From: Orbicella franksi
Lineage: Eukaryota
Length of the DNA: 64,000 bases
Reading direction: 5' to 3'
Assembly: GCA_964199315.1 (NCBI GenBank)
Contig: OZ116701.1
Coordinates: forward strand, 806,001-870,000
In this document: positions 60,201 through 64,000 of the stretch, piece after piece
How positions within the stretch are numbered: position 1 is the stretch's first letter
Layout: every line of letters begins with the position of its first letter
Translations under genes and position numbers: made by a program
The notes under the pieces: model-generated
What the model was told of the DNA's origin: nothing
Databases searched by the model: none
The model's input: only the letters and a program-made list of their open reading frames with translations

Positions 60201-63200
60201 ACAAAATCATGGCCCCAGCCAGAAGTTGAACCTGGACGGCTAGATACAGTATCGAGTGGACTAACCACTAGAACAACAAGTGTAAACCAGAAACTTATTT
60301 CACCATTTTTAAGTGACTAGTGTACTCTCTCAAGGCGTCTCGTCTTTTAAGGCTAATATTGGAGGGATGTCTTGCTAAAAACGTAAAAATACTCCAAAAT
60401 AGTTGAATTAAAGGATATCTAACACCAATGTAACCTGAGGTGTCTGATCATAATGCTGTACCATCATCACTATCATGTTCACTGTGATCACCAAGATAAT
60501 AAAGATCTCAAACTTGCGATTTTCCACCATGTCAAACACCACAGCTTGATAGCGGTTCTGTATTGAGGGAAAATTGTCAAAGAGATGAGTACTAGCAATA
60601 TATTTTTTAAATTTATTTTCCAGTGAGCGATGTTCAGTACAGACTGTGTGGGATCTGTTTTACGAAGAATCTTTGATCGGAATCCCGTCATTACCTCTGG
60701 TCTTGCTATTTTCTTTTTCGGCTTCTTAGCTGCTGCGTTTTTTATCGCATTCATCCAACTCCTCTGGTTTGGAGTCAAAAAAATATGTACGGAACCCAAC
60801 ACCTCCATCTGTTGGCAAGAATACATTAAAACAACAGAGTCAATATTGTAAACTTTGTTTTGTATTCACATAATCAACGTTAAAGAAAAGCACAGCTGGA
60901 GGGGAACAATAATATTGTTTTAAATTTCACTAGCTAAGAGTCGAGCACGTTTTAATTCGGTTTAATTGACGTACAAACAAAAAATGTGTATGGTTGCTGA
61001 CCTGTTGCTTGAGTTGATTGAAGTTGTCGATGATGACACCGATGAAAAGATTTAAGACAAACAAAGATCCAGAAATAATGAACACAATGAAGAACATGTA
61101 AGCAGCCATATTGTTCTCCCTCACGGGCTGTTGATCCACCTGTAAGTGATAAGTAAACAAGCAATAAACAAACAACATGCGAGTTAATACAGAGTGATAG
61201 TAAACAGCAACTCTTGCTTTGAAAGTTGCATTGCATGAAGTTTCAGTCCAGCACCTTTCTCAAATGAATCAATGTACGTCTTTTTGTTTCTTTTTGAAAA
61301 GCCTCAATTTCAAAAAAAATGACACTATTATTATCTGGCATTTGTACAGCGACTTTCAAAACTTTCCAAAACATACCTAACAATGTCTTCTTATGCTGCT
61401 TTAAACATATCTACCACGACAATGACAGGAGTAACGAAAAAAGAAAGAGACAACATGGCTCAAGATCCGTCACTTACAGAGCATAGACTATTACTAACAC
61501 TTTCAAGTCATTGAAGAAAAAAACTTTGTTTCGTGAGACTTCCGCTAAGATTATTGACAGCAGCGTAAAATGAAATCGTTAGGTACGGAAGTTTTAAACT
61601 TCAGAGGTCTCGTGTTATTGAAAGCGATAGTAACTAAAAGCTTCATTAGTTTTCTAACGCGGAAATTAAAGTCGCTACGTCAAGGATGGCGAATCTTGTG
61701 AAATTCAGTCCTAATTTTTCTTGTTAGTTTTTTTGTATTCCCTCGTAATCACATCAAGCGTTGTTCCTCTTTTCTTCATTATTACCTCCACCAGTGGTAT
61801 TTGTTTTTATTTAAGACAACTTTAATTTTAAGGAAATGAGACTTCCTTCGATTTGAAGGTAACTTAGCATATCACACAAAACTCCTTTACAATATAGTAT
61901 GACTTTTGAATGTTAAATCGTGTTGGTTCGAGGATGGGTGTTAGTTGAACACGGAGACCAGAAAAGACGAAGCAAAGATAAATGTTACCAACCTTAGTAG
62001 CATCAATAGCGTCCTCCATAACCTCCATCCATCCCTCAAAAGTAGCCTGAAAGGCAACAGGTTATAATTATCTGCCTTCCTTTTTCCCTCAGGACCATCC
62101 ACATCAGCTACTATTGAATCTGTTTTTTTTTTTTAGAATCCCATTGTATTATTTTTATTCAGATTTTAACAGTTGGTGTGATATCTCACGATTTTTACCA
62201 ACTTAACTGAGTGGAGATGCCCCTCTTCTGCGCTATCAAATATTTTTTCCATTGACACCTGAATTATATATAACTATATTATTAAGTTGACCTGTCGCTC
62301 TATGATGTTGTTAGTACTGCTATTGTGCCAACTCTTTAGAAAAGTACATCATGATTTCCTTCAAAATATTCGAAATACGGAATCTTTAACTTCTTAATTA
62401 AACATACCACTTGAAGAAGTGCCAAAAATCCGTTGCCAGAATTATCAAAGTTAACGTTTGAGTTAATCCAGCGGTCTCCTCTTGCAAGGCATGCGGACTT
62501 GTTAGCCACTACAGAAGCGTCATACTTAACGCCGCGCGCGTCGACACACTTGTAGAATTTCCCGCCAAAAAGATTGACGCCCATGATACTAAAAATAAGC
62601 CAGAATACCAGGCACACGAGAAGAACATTGGCGATTCCGGGTATGGCGTGAAACAGAGAGCTGATCACCACCTGAAAAATAAAGCCAAGAGGCTTAAAAA
62701 TGTCACAGTCCGCATTAATCGACGACCATATTAACATAATTTGTCACAGACCATTTTCTTCTCGGAACAGACAAGGTCCGTGGACAAATATCCTAGCATA
62801 TTTTCGTGCCAAATGGTGGCTATCGTTTATATAACACGATGTATGTTGTTCCCAGTAACGTTCAAAGGATAGCAAGCCGACATAAAGTGTAGGCGTTATT
62901 TCATCCTATATACTAGTGTGCTGAGTTGTCACCGATTGGAATTTTTTCCTTGTGTATCTAAACCGGATCCCAGAGGGGTCACGTTTTGGAGTTTTCTTTT
63001 ATGGCCAATTCCCTGCACGAGGCGCACCTGCAAGGAATCATGGTGGTTGCAAAAATAATATATATCCAGTCCAAGATGATGGAAACAACTACCGTGATTC
63101 CCTGCGGGCGTGCCTTATGGAGGAAATTGGCCATTTGCCTTACATGTACTAAAAGCTATCTGGTTGAAAAGTGCACTGGTTGAAGAAGGTGGCGTGCTTC

Positions 63201-64000
63201 GAGACACTGCAAGATCATAGAGCAATAATGAAAATAAAAATATTGAAATAGGGACATCGGAAACTGGGAAATAACGGCGCTTAAAGCATTTTAAAATAAC
63301 TCACCCTCATGCGTTCAAATCTGGAGATTGCCCTCAGTGGCCGCAAAGCTCTCAGTGTTCGCAGAGAGCGAATAGACATGACTTCTTCATTGCCAAACAA
63401 AGCGATGAGCGAAACCTTTTGAAAGAATGAAAATACATTTTCAGACACAATAACTGGTACCACCAGAGCTGTTATTTTTTTCTGGATAAATTTTGAAATG
63501 TTGTGCTATCCCCAGGCTAGTAATTCATTTGAGGAATCAAAAATAGGGACATCGATAACGTTCACTAAAACAAACTGAACATAAAACTATTGGATAATAA
63601 TCGTAACTAATGGAAAGGTAATCAACTTCTGAAGGAGCTATTGAAACAAAGCTTGACTGTGGAGCTGTTAAACTCAGAGCCACCGTGTTCAAGTAAATCC
63701 AGTAACAACTTAAACGGCGATTTTAACCCGAGACTTCTAAATTTAAAGTCAAACAACTAGAATACTTAGCTACAGCAACTCTCATTTTACAGCTAGGGAG
63801 AAATTCGGAAACACCTCAAGAGGAAGATTTAACAAGATTACTTACCACTATGATAACGACATCAAGCCAGTTCCACGCGCTCGAGAAATAGGACGTGAAA
63901 CCGAGACCGATGATTTTGAGTAAGAACTCGAGCACGAACACAGCGGCAAAGAAAATGTTGAGCACCCTTAAAACCTCCTTCAAGGTTGGTCTGCTGTCCA
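57224..64000 (-). CDS. Nav2: Voltage-gated sodium channel alpha subunit, Nav2-type (3' part: DIII S2 to C-terminus; 5' end outside the window)
   Basis: complement(join(63846..>64000,63305..63415,62408..62671,61993..62046,61002..61139,60695..60808,60419..60557,59635..59766,57224..58542)). Motifs: DIII S4 [20 protein letters not shown] pore ATFEGW, linker IFLT, DIV S4 [19 protein letters not shown] pore MTAAGWND, S6 [15 protein letters not shown]-like C-terminal domain. Confidence 0.97.
58622..58880 (-). mobile_element. CORE-like tRNA SINE in the last intron of the channel
   Basis: The minus strand has a tRNA-like head, then GTGTTCTTGGACAAAGACACTTTATTCTCACAGTGCCTCTCTTCACCCGGGTGTATAAATGGGTACC (CORE-like). 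A more decayed copy lies at about 60060-60270. Confidence 0.8.
59315..59620. mobile_element. Interspersed repeat with a 150-bp hairpin (59317-59470)
   Basis: TAGTTATGCAACGTTCTCTCGTGGTATACC..GGTATACCACAAGAGAGCGTCACATAACTA; ends about 15 nt from a channel donor site. Confidence 0.7.
59767..60418 (-). other. U12-type (minor spliceosome) AT-AC intron in channel DIV S2
   Basis: 5' splice site G|ATATCCTTT at 60418, branch site TCCTTAAC at 59800-59793, 3' splice site CCATCAC| at 59767. Joining restores [19 protein letters not shown] in frame. Confidence 0.92.

Overview
Animal (eukaryotic) genomic DNA, AT-rich, with spliceosomal introns and two assembly gaps (18601-18800, 28315-28504). The SINE/MITE content and a Nav2-type sodium channel point to an anthozoan, probably a stony coral (inference). 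Reading splice sites by hand gives eight well-supported protein-coding genes: an uncharacterised 5-exon gene (+, 2076-3756); a 4-exon DUF445/UPF0754-like membrane protein (-, 5156-9951); a synaptotagmin-like protein with one TM and a single C2 domain (+, 15162-17530); an intronless DnaJ protein (+, 20909-22096); a 25-exon PACS1/2 orthologue (-, 24122-45946); an intronless BC-box protein (+, 51263-51823); an intronless TMEM145-like protein (-, 54433-55866); and the 3' half (DIII S2 to C-terminus) of a voltage-gated Na channel alpha subunit (-, 57224 to window end). The best finding is a complete U12-type AT-AC intron in the channel's DIV S2 (ATATCCTTT donor, TCCTTAAC branch site, AC acceptor). 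The channel also has Glu at the DIII selectivity-filter position (xxEA). Intergenic and intronic DNA is packed with MITEs (some nested), tRNA-derived SINEs, Penelope-like remnants, mini- and microsatellites and long inverted repeats. I found no rRNA, genuine tRNA gene or CRISPR array. All family assignments come from remembered motifs, not from database searches.
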